From contig CAKKNE010000001.1 in NCBI GenBank assembly GCA_918797485.1, positions 4,402,001 through 4,466,000 of the forward strand: a stretch of DNA of 64,000 nucleotides, written 5' to 3'. The translations under genes and the position numbers were made by a program. This DNA is from Pelagomonas calceolata (lineage: Eukaryota). The notes under the pieces are model-generated. The model worked only from the letters and a program-made list of their open reading frames with translations. It was not told where the DNA came from and ran no database searches. This document shows, piece by piece, positions 22,544 to 32,984 of this stretch. How positions within the stretch are numbered: the stretch's first letter is position 1; every line of letters begins with the position of its first letter.

Positions 22544-24568
22544 TTACCCCTGGAGCTGCCCCTCGTCGCAGACGCGCTTCTCGGACGCCACGCGGCCCGG
22601 CCACGGCCGCACGTCCATCTCCGTGACCTGAAAGATCATCTTCCACCACTGGACGACGGCGTCCCTCAAATACCACGGCGTCGCCGCGCACTCGAGCACC
22701 GACTCCCTTATAAAAGCCTTGGCCACGTTCCGGTAGTAGGGGCCCTCCCGGTATATTTTCTTCGCGTCGTCGCGATACTCGATCCAGAACTTCTTCCCGA
22801 ACACGAAGCAAAAAACGCAGAAGACGAGGCAGGCCACGATCGTCCCCGTCGCCTCGCCAAAGCTCTGGAACTTCCAGGGCATGACGGGCCAGCCGTCGAT
22901 CTCGCACGGCCACCAGACGCCTAAATACGTGAGACCGCACTCCGTCGGCTGCTGCGTCGGCGCGCCCGTCGTCGGCGACGTCGTCGGCTTGTCCGTCGTC
23001 ACGGTCATGTCATAACATTGCTCCGCGCACCGCTCCGCATTCCAGTCCACGGTCTGGTTCTTGAGGACGACGGCGTCCTCGAAGATGTCAGAAGCCGTCG
23101 TGCCCGCTAATTGAGTTTGCACATCACTCAAAAATTGGCCACTTTTCACAGCTTTCGCCAGATCTATCAACGCTTGTTCCACGAAGGCGTCGGTCACGTT
23201 CTGCGCCTCGGTCGAGTCGGCGACCGTTAGAGTGGTCACGGCGCCGACCATGGTGACGTTGGGCAATACGGTGGGCGCGCGCGTCGGCGACCGCGTCGGC
23301 CAGAACATGTGCGTCGGCGGCTTCGAGGGCGCGGGCGACGGGACGGGCGACGGCGCGGGCGTGTAGGTCGGCGCGGCCGTGTGCCAGTCGAAGTGCTTTA
23401 GTTGGCGCTGTCGCAGCTCGTCGGCCAATGTCGCGACGGAGGGCGCCGTCGCCGGCGGCGTCGCCACAGCCACTGGCTCGACGACGGGCGCGTCGCCCCA
23501 CAGGAGCCGGCGCGCCGGCCGCGGCCGCGGCGGCGCTTCGTCCGACAAACGCCGCGCCGGGCGCGGGAACTCGTGCGAGAAGTACATGCTCCGCGCCTCG
23601 ATGGACACGATCCACTCGACGGGCACATCTAGTGCATTCGCGAAGGCCTGGGCCAGCGCCGCGCGCGCCGCGGCGCAGCGCGAACACCTTTCGGGGAGAT
23701 TGATCTCCGTCGCGTTGACGTACGCCATGATGGTGTTGAATTTGACGTCGATGATGGCCCGTCGGTGCGTCGGCGCGCTCGTGACCGTCGGGTAGGGCGA
23801 CGCCGAGGGCGAGATGGACGGCAGCGGCGAGGGCCGCGACGTGGGCACGCTCGTGGGGTAGCGCGTCGGGTGGTACGTCGAGGGGATCGGCGAGGGCGCC
23901 GGCGACGTCGAGGGCGCCGGCGTCGGGTAGGGCGACACCGTCGGCTCCAGCGAGACGGTCGGGTGCGCCGAGAGCGTGGGCGCATGTGTGGGCGCGACGC
24001 TGTGCGTCGGCTTGAACGTGCGGCTCGGCACCGGGCTCGGTAGCGGTGAAGGTGCCGCCGTCGACGGCGCGGGCGACGGCTCAAGGGACGGTGTCGACGA
24101 CGGCACGGCCGTCGGGATCGGCGACGGCGCCGGCGTCACGGTCGGCACGTCGGTCGGCTGGGCCGTCGTCGGGTGCGGCGTCAGCGTCGGACCCGGCGAA
24201 GGTAATGGAGACGGCACCGAGGACGGGCGCGGCGTCGGCGGCACGGACGGCGCGCCGCTGGGGCCCGCGGTCGGAGGTATGGAAGGCGCGCCGCTCGGTT
24301 GCGGCACGGGCACGCGCGTCGGGCTTGATGAAGGCACGGTCGTGGGTGTACGGCTCGGCACCGAGCTCGGCTGCGGCGTCAGCGTCGGCTTTGGAGTGAT
24401 CGTCGGCGCGGCCGTCGACGGGACCGCCGACGGCATCGGCGACGGCGCCGACGTCGGCACGGGCGTCGGGTGCCCCGCCGTCGGCGCCCACGTCTCGTAG
24501 GTCGGCGCGGCCGTCGGCGCCTGCGCCCGCGCGGCCGCCGCCGCGAGGAGCCAAGCTAGCGTCCTCAT
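22544..24568 (-). CDS. Pro/Thr/Ser-rich mucin-like single-pass surface protein
   Basis: Signal peptide, many PT/PS repeats, RRL motifs and a C-terminal TM helix. Confidence 0.85.
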   Translation of the reverse strand: MRTLAWLLAAAAARAQAPTAAPTYETWAPTAGHPTPVPTSAPSPMPSAVPSTAAPTITPKPTLTPQPSSVPSRTPTTVPSSSPTRVPVPQPSGAPSIPPTAGPSGAPSVPPTPRPSSVPSPLPSPGPTLTPHPTTAQPTDVPTVTPAPSPIPTAVPSSTPSLEPSPAPSTAAPSPLPSPVPSRTFKPTHSVAPTHAPTLSAHPTVSLEPTVSPYPTPAPSTSPAPSPIPSTYHPTRYPTSVPTSRPSPLPSISPSASPYPTVTSAPTHRRAIIDVKFNTIMAYVNATEINLPERCSRCAAARAALAQAFANALDVPVEWIVSIEARSMYFSHEFPRPARRLSDEAPPRPRPARRLLWGDAPVVEPVAVATPPATAPSVATLADELRQRQLKHFDWHTAAPTYTPAPSPVPSPAPSKPPTHMFWPTRSPTRAPTVLPNVTMVGAVTTLTVADSTEAQNVTDAFVEQALIDLAKAVKSGQFLSDVQTQLAGTTASDIFEDAVVLKNQTVDWNAERCAEQCYDMTVTTDKPTTSPTTGAPTQQPTECGLTYLGVWWPCEIDGWPVMPWKFQSFGEATGTIVACLVFCVFCFVFGKKFWIEYRDDAKKIYREGPYYRNVAKAFIRESVLECAATPWYLRDAVVQWWKMIFQVTEMDVRPWPGRVASEKRVCDEGQLQG

Positions 24569-24949
24569 GGTGCCGGCCTCATCGTCTCCGTCGTCGTTCG
24601 CGCATGGTCAATTGGCTTCTTGGAGAGCGAGATGCCCCCAGATGTGGGCAAGAGGCAGCCCTTGGACTTGCGCAAGCCAGCCTTCGCGCTTAGCGCCGAT
24701 GCCAAACCACCTGCCCCGTTTATTTTTTTATTTTTGGACGCATCTCTCGACAGGCGCAGCCCTTCCCGTGCACGCGGAGGACTTTTCTGCGGCTATTGAT
24801 CGTAAAAAAAACTCGGGCAGCCGGCACCCAGCCCAGCACCGGAGCAGCAAAGGCTGCAAAGCCGGGCAGCCTCCGCGAACTCGTGAAGGTATACAACTCG
24901 TAGGACGAGGAGGAACCAAGGCTCAGCAGTGCGAACAGCAGCCCCAACA

Positions 24950-25567
24950 ATGGGCTCGACGACATCGGTGGAGAAGCAGCCCCCGGAGGAGCCCCCGCCC
25001 CTCGACGTGCCCACGGAGCCGGCGCACCAGGAGGTCGCCGCGGCGGGCCTCTGGCAGCGCATGATGGAGCACGCCATCAGCGCGGCGGCGACGGTGCCGG
25101 AATTTATCGAGGCGCCCGACGACGATAGCGACGGAGACGGGCCCGTCGTCACGCTCCTCGCGCGCGCGCCGACAAGCCTCCACCTCGGCGTCGACGCGGA
25201 CGACGCGGTGTGGAGGGAGGCGGCGCGCACTGGCTCACCGCTATATGATGTCGAGATCCGCGCGGTCGGGGCAGCCTGGCGCGCCGTCGCGACGGGCAGC
25301 GCCGAGCGGCGCCACCGCGTCGAGGGGCTGCGGCCGAACGTCGCGTACTGCGCGCGGGCGCGGCGCGACAACGGAACCTGGGGCCCGCCGTCGCGCGTGC
25401 TCCGGTGCTCCGGGGGCGCGCCGTCGTGGTTCGAGGCCTGGCGCCACAAGCGACGCCGGAGGAAGGAGTCGAAGATAGAGGTCCTGTGCTTCGCCTGCGT
25501 CGCGAACCGCCTCGACGCCGACGTCCAGGACCTCCTGCGCCTCATCCACGAGTACCTGGCGCCCTAG
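24950..25567 (+). CDS. Hypothetical protein with fibronectin-III-like segment
   Basis: YDVEIR..W..VEGLRPNVAYCARAR..G.WGPPS fits the FN3 pattern. Confidence 0.55.
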   Translation: MGSTTSVEKQPPEEPPPLDVPTEPAHQEVAAAGLWQRMMEHAISAAATVPEFIEAPDDDSDGDGPVVTLLARAPTSLHLGVDADDAVWREAARTGSPLYDVEIRAVGAAWRAVATGSAERRHRVEGLRPNVAYCARARRDNGTWGPPSRVLRCSGGAPSWFEAWRHKRRRRKESKIEVLCFACVANRLDADVQDLLRLIHEYLAP

Positions 25568-25590
25568 TTGTCTGTAATAATGTCACAACA

Positions 25591-27096
25591 TTAACTCCAG
25601 CTCGCGCACCACGTCGCGTCCCAGGTCCAGGCGGCATGCGCTTGGACGGGCGCGGCGGAGAGGACGTGGGCGACAGCGCCCGGTTCCACTGACACGGCAA
25701 CAGTCATCGCGCCGGCGTGGCCCTCCAGATTCACGGAGCCCGTCCCGTCGAGGCGGAGGTCCAACGTTCGCGCCGCGTCGGTGTTTTCGACGACAGCCTC
25801 GACGCCGCTGCGGGACTGCGCGACGACGAGGCGCCCCGGGCCGTCGAGGTGGTGTGTCACACCCGCATACAAAACGCTGGTCAAGCCAGCGGCAGGGGCC
25901 GGCGCGGCGCTGGCTTTGACGGCGACATCTGAATGGACGACCAGGCCCACCTTTTGGCGCCCGTCCTTCGGGAGGAAGCGGCCGCCCGTCGGCACGACGG
26001 CGTATACGCCAGGGCCAACGGTGACGCCGACGTCCGCGGTCCGCGCCTTGCCGGCGACCGTAGCCGCCACGATTGCGTCCGTCGAGAGATCAAGCACGGC
26101 TACTCCGAGGTCAGTAAGGTCCTCCTCCTGGTGGACGGCGCAGCGCAAAAGTGCCGCTCGGTCGCACTCGACGCGGAGCGCTTTAGTAGTCGGTCCGCCG
26201 CCGGCAAGCGCTGCCCGCGTGCGTGCCACGCGCCACGGCGCGCCGCGCGGCGACGACAGACGTGCCAAACTGACAGCTGAGTGCGCGGCAAAGAGCTCGG
26301 AGAACGGCACCCAGAGCTCGCCGCGCGCGAGGGGCGCGTCGCCCGCGAGCGCCGCGCCGGCGGCCGTCGCCGGCCGGCCGCCGCGCGGGTCGCGGAGCCG
26401 GCAGTAGCGCTCGCCGTTGAGCGAGCGGCCGTCGACGACCGCGTAGGCGTGGCCCGGCGCGAGGCTCGTGTCGTCGACGCGTCGCGTGGAAACGACGACG
26501 GGGTCCTTGCGTCGCACCGCCTCGGCCACCCAGGACCAGAGCGCCTCCGCGTCGCGTTCGCCGGAGCGGACCACGTCGACGGGGCAGCCCGTCAGCACCG
26601 ATAAGGCGTCGTGTGCGTGGCCCCGACGCGTCGCTCCGGCGAGCGCCCGGTCCGGAGCGAGCGTCGTCGTGGTCCAGAGGCCGCCGACGCAGAGGCGATC
26701 GCGCGGCCCGACCGCTATCAAACCAGCGAGCAGCCAGCAGTTGTCGTGGCGGCCCTGCTCGACGACGTCCTCGACCACGGTCTGCGGCGAGCGAGGCCGC
26801 AGCTGATGTACGGCGTACTCGAAGCGCGGGCGCAGCGTCGGCCCGACGGCAGCGCCGAGCACCGTCGTGCCGCGTGTTGATATGGCGCGCAGGACTCGCG
26901 CGCCGTCGGCATCGACGACTTCGCAGTCGCTCCCGCTCAGGTCAAGCGTGAAGTCGACGCAGTCGTCTCTTTTGACTTCCAGCGCGAAGGTCGTGCCCTT
27001 GTCTTGTTTGTTTGATATTAATGCTACGCCGGGCAGCCCCGGGATGGTGGTGCGCGTGGTACGCTGCCCCATTTTACTGCTTGAGAGGCTGCACAT
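25591..27096 (-). CDS. Calpain-like cysteine protease (shortened core) with domain III
   Basis: VEQGRHDNCWLLAGL, LSVLTGCP, GHAYAVVD, RLRDPRG and GELWVPFSE motifs. Confidence 0.7.
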   Translation of the reverse strand: MCSLSSSKMGQRTTRTTIPGLPGVALISNKQDKGTTFALEVKRDDCVDFTLDLSGSDCEVVDADGARVLRAISTRGTTVLGAAVGPTLRPRFEYAVHQLRPRSPQTVVEDVVEQGRHDNCWLLAGLIAVGPRDRLCVGGLWTTTTLAPDRALAGATRRGHAHDALSVLTGCPVDVVRSGERDAEALWSWVAEAVRRKDPVVVSTRRVDDTSLAPGHAYAVVDGRSLNGERYCRLRDPRGGRPATAAGAALAGDAPLARGELWVPFSELFAAHSAVSLARLSSPRGAPWRVARTRAALAGGGPTTKALRVECDRAALLRCAVHQEEDLTDLGVAVLDLSTDAIVAATVAGKARTADVGVTVGPGVYAVVPTGGRFLPKDGRQKVGLVVHSDVAVKASAAPAPAAGLTSVLYAGVTHHLDGPGRLVVAQSRSGVEAVVENTDAARTLDLRLDGTGSVNLEGHAGAMTVAVSVEPGAVAHVLSAAPVQAHAAWTWDATWCASWS

Positions 27097-27541
27097 CAGC
27101 TGCTGTACGATGCCATACCGAGCGGCGTTGGAGAGAGAGTACTTAAGCGGTCACGAACGCTAGACTAACCCTTGCGTCGGCGAAGCTGTGTACGCGGTTG
27201 GACCATAGCGCCGCTACAGTTTGCTTCGTGGGTCCAAACCTGGAGCTCCGCTGTCCGCAAGACTTCTGCTTAGACGAGGTACCCATGGTATAGCTCTGCT
27301 GCTTCCCGAGACCGTGTGTGCTTGGGGCTAGAGGGGCTACCTAGATGCTAGGCCTCTCGATTCACAAGAGGGTCAGACGCGGGCGCTGCTCTTCTGCGCG
27401 GCACTTTGGCACCCGTGGCGCATACGTTTCCGTGTTTCCGCAGCGCGCGGCGCAACGAAACTGTGCAACTGCGGCTCCCTCCAGGGTTTACCCTAGTCTC
27501 TACAGCTCCTGCAGTCTCTACAGCTCCTGCACAGCATAAGC

Positions 27542-28483
27542 ATGGCGGAGATCCTGGATAGCGACGACGATTCCGTCTGCGACCTGACCGAGCCCGAGGT
27601 CATCGACCTGTCAGCAGACGACAATGATCTCGCGGCCCAACTCAACGCCCAGCTCGACGAGTACATCGTGATCGACAGCGACAGCGACGACGACGACGTC
27701 CAGTTCGTGTCGCAGTCCCCGCCGAAGCGGCGCAAGGTCGACGAGGAGGAGGTTACGTTCGTGAAATCGACGCCGGCGCGGCCGGTGGTCGACGTCGACG
27801 CCGACGAGGCCCTCGCGCGCAAGCTCCACGAGCAAATTAATGCAGACGTCGAGGTCGTCGCGCGGCCGACGCCAAAGCCGAGCGCCAAGAAGCCGTCGAG
27901 CAAGAAGCGGCCCAAGAACGAAGGGCCCTTCAGCGGCCGCGACGTGCTCAAGAAGCAGCGGACAGGACTGTTTGACTTCTTGAGCAAGAAGGCGAAGTCG
28001 CTGCGCATCGTGGACGTCGTGCCGAACCCGCACAGCGAGCCCGGAAAACCCCTTTATGAGCGATTTTTATCGGCCTACACGTTCGCGACGACGAAGAAGG
28101 TCAAGCTGTTATTCCACGGATCGCCGCCGCAAAACATCCCGAACATTTTGGCCAACGGTCTGGACCCCAACCGCCGCGGCGCGTCGTCGGGGCAGCGGCT
28201 CGGCAGCGGCGAGTATTTCGGGACCCACGCCGAGGTGTCCACGGAGTACTGCGGCGGCGGGCGGCAAATGATCGTGTTCGCGGTCTTGACGGATCCGCGG
28301 TCGACGCGCGAGGGGGGCAAGATCGTCGTGTCGAGCGACGTGTCGCACCAGCTCCCGCTCTGCACCGTGCACATTGCGAACCGGACGCCGCCCCGGCCGA
28401 CGGAGCGCGCGCTCAAGGTGACGAACGCGGCGGAGCGAGCACTTATCCGCAAGGAGCGCAAGCGCGGCTGGCCCTTCGGGTGA
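27542..28483 (+). CDS. PARP-like ADP-ribosyltransferase with N-terminal SIM/UIM-like motifs
   Basis: LLFHGS..NILANGLD..G.GEYFG; acidic VIDL-type motifs; DEALARKLHE. Confidence 0.7.
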   Translation: MAEILDSDDDSVCDLTEPEVIDLSADDNDLAAQLNAQLDEYIVIDSDSDDDDVQFVSQSPPKRRKVDEEEVTFVKSTPARPVVDVDADEALARKLHEQINADVEVVARPTPKPSAKKPSSKKRPKNEGPFSGRDVLKKQRTGLFDFLSKKAKSLRIVDVVPNPHSEPGKPLYERFLSAYTFATTKKVKLLFHGSPPQNIPNILANGLDPNRRGASSGQRLGSGEYFGTHAEVSTEYCGGGRQMIVFAVLTDPRSTREGGKIVVSSDVSHQLPLCTVHIANRTPPRPTERALKVTNAAERALIRKERKRGWPFG

Positions 28484-28528
28484 GGCTACTATTGTGTGAA
28501 AGAAGTAACAACATGTCAACATTAAAAA

Positions 28529-29302
28529 CTACAGTGTCCGGAGCCGCTTGTCGAGGTCCTCGAAGAGCGCCCAGATGAGCGTCGTCTGGAGCGGTCTTTT
28601 GGCCAGGCGCGGGACGAACCCGGCAAACAGGCCCTGGAGGCTCCGCGGCATCGGCAGGTCCAGCATGGCCCGCGCGCGCAGCGCGTCGAAGGGCTGCGTC
28701 GCGACCGTCGCCGCCGTCGACGCGAGGCTGCCCGCCACGAGGTTCAGCGTCCAGCCGTCGGCGTAGTCTCGTCCTAGCGCCTGCAACCGGCGGTACGACG
28801 CGTAGTGGATCGCCGCGAAGGGAACATTCGTCAACAAGAGCGGCGGCAGGCCGCGCACGAGCGCCCCCGCGCCCTGGGTCCGTACGATCGTCACCAGCGC
28901 GTCCCCCACGCCTCGGTACTGCCGCGCGCCGACGTGCGAGGCCTCCATGCGCGTCTTGACCGTCGTGATGGGACACATGACGACGACCGAGGCGCCGCGC
29001 GCGGCCGCGCCGATGAATGCATCATTGACGGCGTCCGGCGGGCTCCGCGTCCGCAGGAAGCGCAGCGACCCGAACTGAATGGCCGCGCCGCCGCCGACCC
29101 TTAACGCCGCCGCCGAGGTGCCGCGCCACAATCGAGCCGCGCCGCCCTCCGCCGCAATCTCGCGGACGGCGTTGACGGCGGTGCGCGGGCGCCCGGCCGC
29201 GGCGCAAGCTTGGAGTCTCGTCCTCACGACGTCGAACGGCTGCAGCGCTACGGCGACTGCTGTGCCCGAGATCGCGCCGGCGGCGGCTGCTGTGCCTCCC
29301 AT
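28529..29302 (-). CDS. Mitochondrial carrier (SLC25A38/Hem25-like)
   Basis: Three PxDxx[KR] repeats (PFDVVRTRLQ, PITTVKTRME, PFDALRAR); LWRG and PRLAKR. Confidence 0.85.
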   Translation of the reverse strand: MGGTAAAAGAISGTAVAVALQPFDVVRTRLQACAAAGRPRTAVNAVREIAAEGGAARLWRGTSAAALRVGGGAAIQFGSLRFLRTRSPPDAVNDAFIGAAARGASVVVMCPITTVKTRMEASHVGARQYRGVGDALVTIVRTQGAGALVRGLPPLLLTNVPFAAIHYASYRRLQALGRDYADGWTLNLVAGSLASTAATVATQPFDALRARAMLDLPMPRSLQGLFAGFVPRLAKRPLQTTLIWALFEDLDKRLRTL

Positions 29303-29514
29303 GAGGCCTGTCTTTGCACAGTGCTGCAGCGGTGCTGGGCACAGCTTGCACAGCTGTCGAGTGGTCCGCAGTCGGCCCAATACAATCGTTTGCGAGCCAC
29401 AGGCGACGCGTACGACGTGCAGCACCTGCGCCAAAAACTAGTGTGTCTCACTTAGCTACGGCATCGCAAGACGCCGTCGCCGCACCCCCTCTGGACAAAT
29501 AAAGAGATCTAAAG

Positions 29515-30810
29515 TTAGTCGCGCATGTTTCCCTGCTGCCTACGAACAAGAGCGATGCACCCGCGCTTGTCGCACTTCAGGACCGCGCCCGCCTGCGAGC
29601 CCGGCGCGAAGGGGATCGTCTCGTGCGACAGGAGCTTCCATGCCCCATCGACGAGTGTCCACTTCTGGTACGCCAGCAGCGTCGCCCCGTTGCCCGTCTC
29701 CTCCACACAAGTAGTGTACGCGTTGTCGCCATTCACAAACTCGTCGGCGTCGCCCACTTTTAGTGAAGACGGCCGCGCGTCGGCCCGCAGTTGACTTTCC
29801 CAGGGGTCGAGGCGGGCGCCGGCCTCCAAGGCCGCCGAGACGCGCGGCGCCGCGCCGTCGCTTAACACAGAGCGCATCGCGGCGAGGTCGCCCGACGTCA
29901 ACGCATCATAAAAAACCTTCTGCGCGTCGAGCGGCCCCGTGCCGCCCTGCAGCGGCGGCAGGGGCTCGACGAAGTCCCGCGGCGGCAGGAGACTCCCGAG
30001 CAGCTCCAGGAAGTCGGGCGCGCCGGTGCCCGAGCCGACGGACCGCCCCGCATAGGACAAAGCGAACCAGGCGGCCTTCTTTTCTTGAAATTCGAAGTCG
30101 CCCCAGGACGCGTCTTCGTTCAACAGTTCGCCGAAGGTTTTGAGCAGATCGGAACCGCGCCGCGGGACGAAGGACGCGTCTTGGTCCGTGGCGCCGTCTC
30201 CTCTGACACCGAGGACGATCGTCGAACTCAGCTTGAGGCGTCTTCGTAAAGCGCGGCACTCGTCCGTGAAGGCCGTAAAACTACTTTCGTCGGGGCAGAG
30301 GACCGCGAGGACGCGCGCCGACCGTCGCAAACTCCGCAGCGACGCCGTCTCGGACAGGCCGGGGAAGACGCGCGCCGCCGCGGGCTTCATCGATATTTCT
30401 AAATCCCCGACGGCCGCCTCGCGCTCGATCTTGGTTAACCGTCTTGTCCGCTTGTTGCGCTGGTCCTGGAAGCCCGCGGCCGCGGCGAGCCCGCCCAGTA
30501 AATACGCGGGGTACGGCTCCGGCGGCGGCGCGCCGACGGCGTCGGCGAGCTGGTTCGAACCCAGTAAAGCCAGCGCGAGCAAAAAGAAGAGCACGACCCG
30601 CAGCGGTTCGGACTGGTTCGCGTTGTTGTACCGCACCAGCGTCTCGCGGCGCCACTGCCTTAATGAAACGGCGTCGAACTCGGGTTCTGCTAAATACGCC
30701 TCTTTTTGCGCGTCGTAGGGCGTCGAGCGCAGCAGCGTTTTTTGGATGCGTCGCCGCGGTGCCGTGAAGGCGCCACTACTGGCTACTAGTATCACGACGG
30801 CTTGCCTCAT
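29515..30810 (-). CDS. Plastid-targeted LPA1-like (DUF3493-like) protein with C-terminal SnoaL-like domain
   Basis: Signal peptide + GAF; SEPLRVVLF; KIEREAAVGDL; GRSVGSGTGAPDF; then FYDALTSGDLAAM..WKLLSH. Confidence 0.6.
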   Translation of the reverse strand: MRQAVVILVASSGAFTAPRRRIQKTLLRSTPYDAQKEAYLAEPEFDAVSLRQWRRETLVRYNNANQSEPLRVVLFFLLALALLGSNQLADAVGAPPPEPYPAYLLGGLAAAAGFQDQRNKRTRRLTKIEREAAVGDLEISMKPAAARVFPGLSETASLRSLRRSARVLAVLCPDESSFTAFTDECRALRRRLKLSSTIVLGVRGDGATDQDASFVPRRGSDLLKTFGELLNEDASWGDFEFQEKKAAWFALSYAGRSVGSGTGAPDFLELLGSLLPPRDFVEPLPPLQGGTGPLDAQKVFYDALTSGDLAAMRSVLSDGAAPRVSAALEAGARLDPWESQLRADARPSSLKVGDADEFVNGDNAYTTCVEETGNGATLLAYQKWTLVDGAWKLLSHETIPFAPGSQAGAVLKCDKRGCIALVRRQQGNMRD

Positions 30811-31260
30811 TTTGCAGCGTTTCGCGTCTCGCACTGTCAGAGAGCCTGATGCACAGCAATGCTGGATGCTGGCACACAGTGATTATTAGACCTCACTCCG
30901 GCGTCACAGCGCTGCAGGATCTATCAAATATGTCCGTTTCCAGCGCCGTGCAGCAGCAATAGTGCAGCGTTCGACGACTGCGCGTGTGCTGGATCCACTT
31001 TGGCTTGTGACTGTGCCTCCAGCAAGCCTGAGCAAAACCAGACAATGGATCCTCCCGCCGTGGCCATCGCTCCCGACGGTCGCACGTCTGCACTGAAGGG
31101 CCACCCCACCACGTGCGGGTTCAGAGCTGGTTTTGGCCGCCGCTAGCTGTGGCTGCCCATCACCCGCTCCGGGTCCGAGCCAGGCAGAGACGCTGCCCCA
31201 GCATCTCTCGCGGGCGCGTCGACGGCGCGACGGAGCGCTTCGTCGACGCGGCCCCATAGA

Positions 31261-31728
31261 ATGCGGCGCCTGCTCATAATAGCATGGGCAGCTCAAGCAT
31301 CACTCATCCCGAAGGACCCCGACGAGGGCGTCACCGTAGTGGTAGCAAGGGACCAGAGCGACTGCCCCATCTGTATCAAACCGCACCACTGGTGGACCTT
31401 CACCGAGTGCCCGCTGCTCTGGACGCCGAACGAGAACACGGTAGGACGGTGGAAGATCGTGCAAGATGCAAACAACACGGTGGGCTGCCACCCAAAACAA
31501 AAACGGGCGAAGGACGACACGTGGCCCGTCTGCAACATGTGTTATGAAGAGCGGTGCTGCGCGCTCGACGCGGAGAAGTGCTGCGTGTTCGATCGAAGGT
31601 TGGTACTGAACGTGTCCTTCCTGGTCTTTCTGGTGCTGGTGAGCTGCTGCTGGGGCTGCTGGAAGGGCGAGAAGGAGGCCGCGCGGAAGGCGCGGTTGTT
31701 GGCGGCCGTGTCGCACAGCGACGCGTAG
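31261..31728 (+). CDS. Small Cys-rich single-pass membrane protein
   Basis: Signal peptide, about 10 Cys and a C-terminal TM segment. Confidence 0.6.
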   Translation: MRRLLIIAWAAQASLIPKDPDEGVTVVVARDQSDCPICIKPHHWWTFTECPLLWTPNENTVGRWKIVQDANNTVGCHPKQKRAKDDTWPVCNMCYEERCCALDAEKCCVFDRRLVLNVSFLVFLVLVSCCWGCWKGEKEAARKARLLAAVSHSDA

Positions 31729-32097
31729 TCGGCCCCTTGTGTCTGTGTGTAACTCCGTCTTTTTTTCATGATGGCCTACGTCCGTGTGACGAATTGCCTG
31801 CCGCCTTGGATGACGGCCTTCTATTGTACATGAGGCTGGGTAGGGTAAGGTATCGGTCTTTTGTATCGGTACCTTTTTGCGCGCAGTTTTGCCCGCGTCG
31901 CGCTTTAAAACTGCGCCTCGGGCCAAAGCGTTGAACTGCGGCCTGGAAAAGGGCTACACGTCATTGCAGAATCGGCACGACGTAGAGACTTGCGTGGGAG
32001 GTGCGCAGGACATAGCACACCAAGCAGATCCGCGCGGCGCCGGCAAGCAGATCCGCGCGGCACCGATAAATTTGCGTGGGAGGCCGCAGGGTAGAGC

Positions 32098-32868
32098 ATG
32101 CTCCGCCCAGCGGTGGCCGGCTCTTTGGCCTTGTTATCAGCAGCACAAAACGACGATATGAACGACGACGACGACGAACAACCCCCTTTCATTGCCAGGC
32201 TCTTAATCAAAAAGGAGGAATGGCTGGGCGACCTGCCGTGGTACTACGTGATAGGGGCCGTCGTAATAGCGCTGTGGGTGACAAAGAAAATGCTGGCATG
32301 TATCAGGAGGCGCAGCGAACAGAACAGCATCGGCGCGACGAAGCGCCGCGCCGACGGCTTCGACCGCTGGAACCCGCGGCCCTCGTCGGTCGTGCCGTCC
32401 TACGCGTCGACGGCGCTGCCGCCGACGATCAAGCGCTATGCGGCCCAGGGCGAGGAGCGGCCCGTCTTGCAGTGGCTCGCGTCGAACCGCGGCCGGCCCG
32501 ACGCCGCCGACGCGGACGGGCGGACCGCGCTCCACCACGCGTGCGAGCACGGCCGCTCGAAGCTCGCGCGGCAACTGCTGGAGGGCGGGTGCGGGCCCGA
32601 CGCGGCGGACTCGCGCGGCGCGACACCCCTGCACGCGGCCTGCGCGGCCGGCGCGGCCGCCGCAGTCCGCGTCTTGCTCGACGCGGGCGCAGACGTCGCG
32701 CGGCAGGACGCCGACGGCTACACCCCGTCCGCGCTGGCGGCGGCGCGGGGCCACGCGGGCTGCGCGCGGCTCGTGAGAAGGAGGGAACGCGACATGCGCG
32801 CGGGCGCGACCATCGGCGCGAGCCCGACGCTCCTGCGGAGCCGCAACGCGACGTCGGACGCTGTATGA
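32098..32868 (+). CDS. Ankyrin-repeat membrane protein
   Basis: Signal peptide, TM, and GRTALHHAC / GATPLHAAC / GYTPSALA repeats. Confidence 0.85.
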   Translation: MLRPAVAGSLALLSAAQNDDMNDDDDEQPPFIARLLIKKEEWLGDLPWYYVIGAVVIALWVTKKMLACIRRRSEQNSIGATKRRADGFDRWNPRPSSVVPSYASTALPPTIKRYAAQGEERPVLQWLASNRGRPDAADADGRTALHHACEHGRSKLARQLLEGGCGPDAADSRGATPLHAACAAGAAAAVRVLLDAGADVARQDADGYTPSALAAARGHAGCARLVRRRERDMRAGATIGASPTLLRSRNATSDAV

Positions 32869-32984
32869 TGTCGTCGCGGCGATGGCGAGCGCGAGTCGCG
32901 TGCACGGCATACGCCATCGACGCGACGCAGCCCCCGGCGAGGGGGCAGGAAACTGTCTAGAAGTAACTTGTAACACACACAATC

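Noticed and set aside
23770..24520. Repetitive GTCGG/GACGG tract as a DNA repeat element
   Set aside because: Explained by Pro/Thr/Ser codons of the mucin-like protein.
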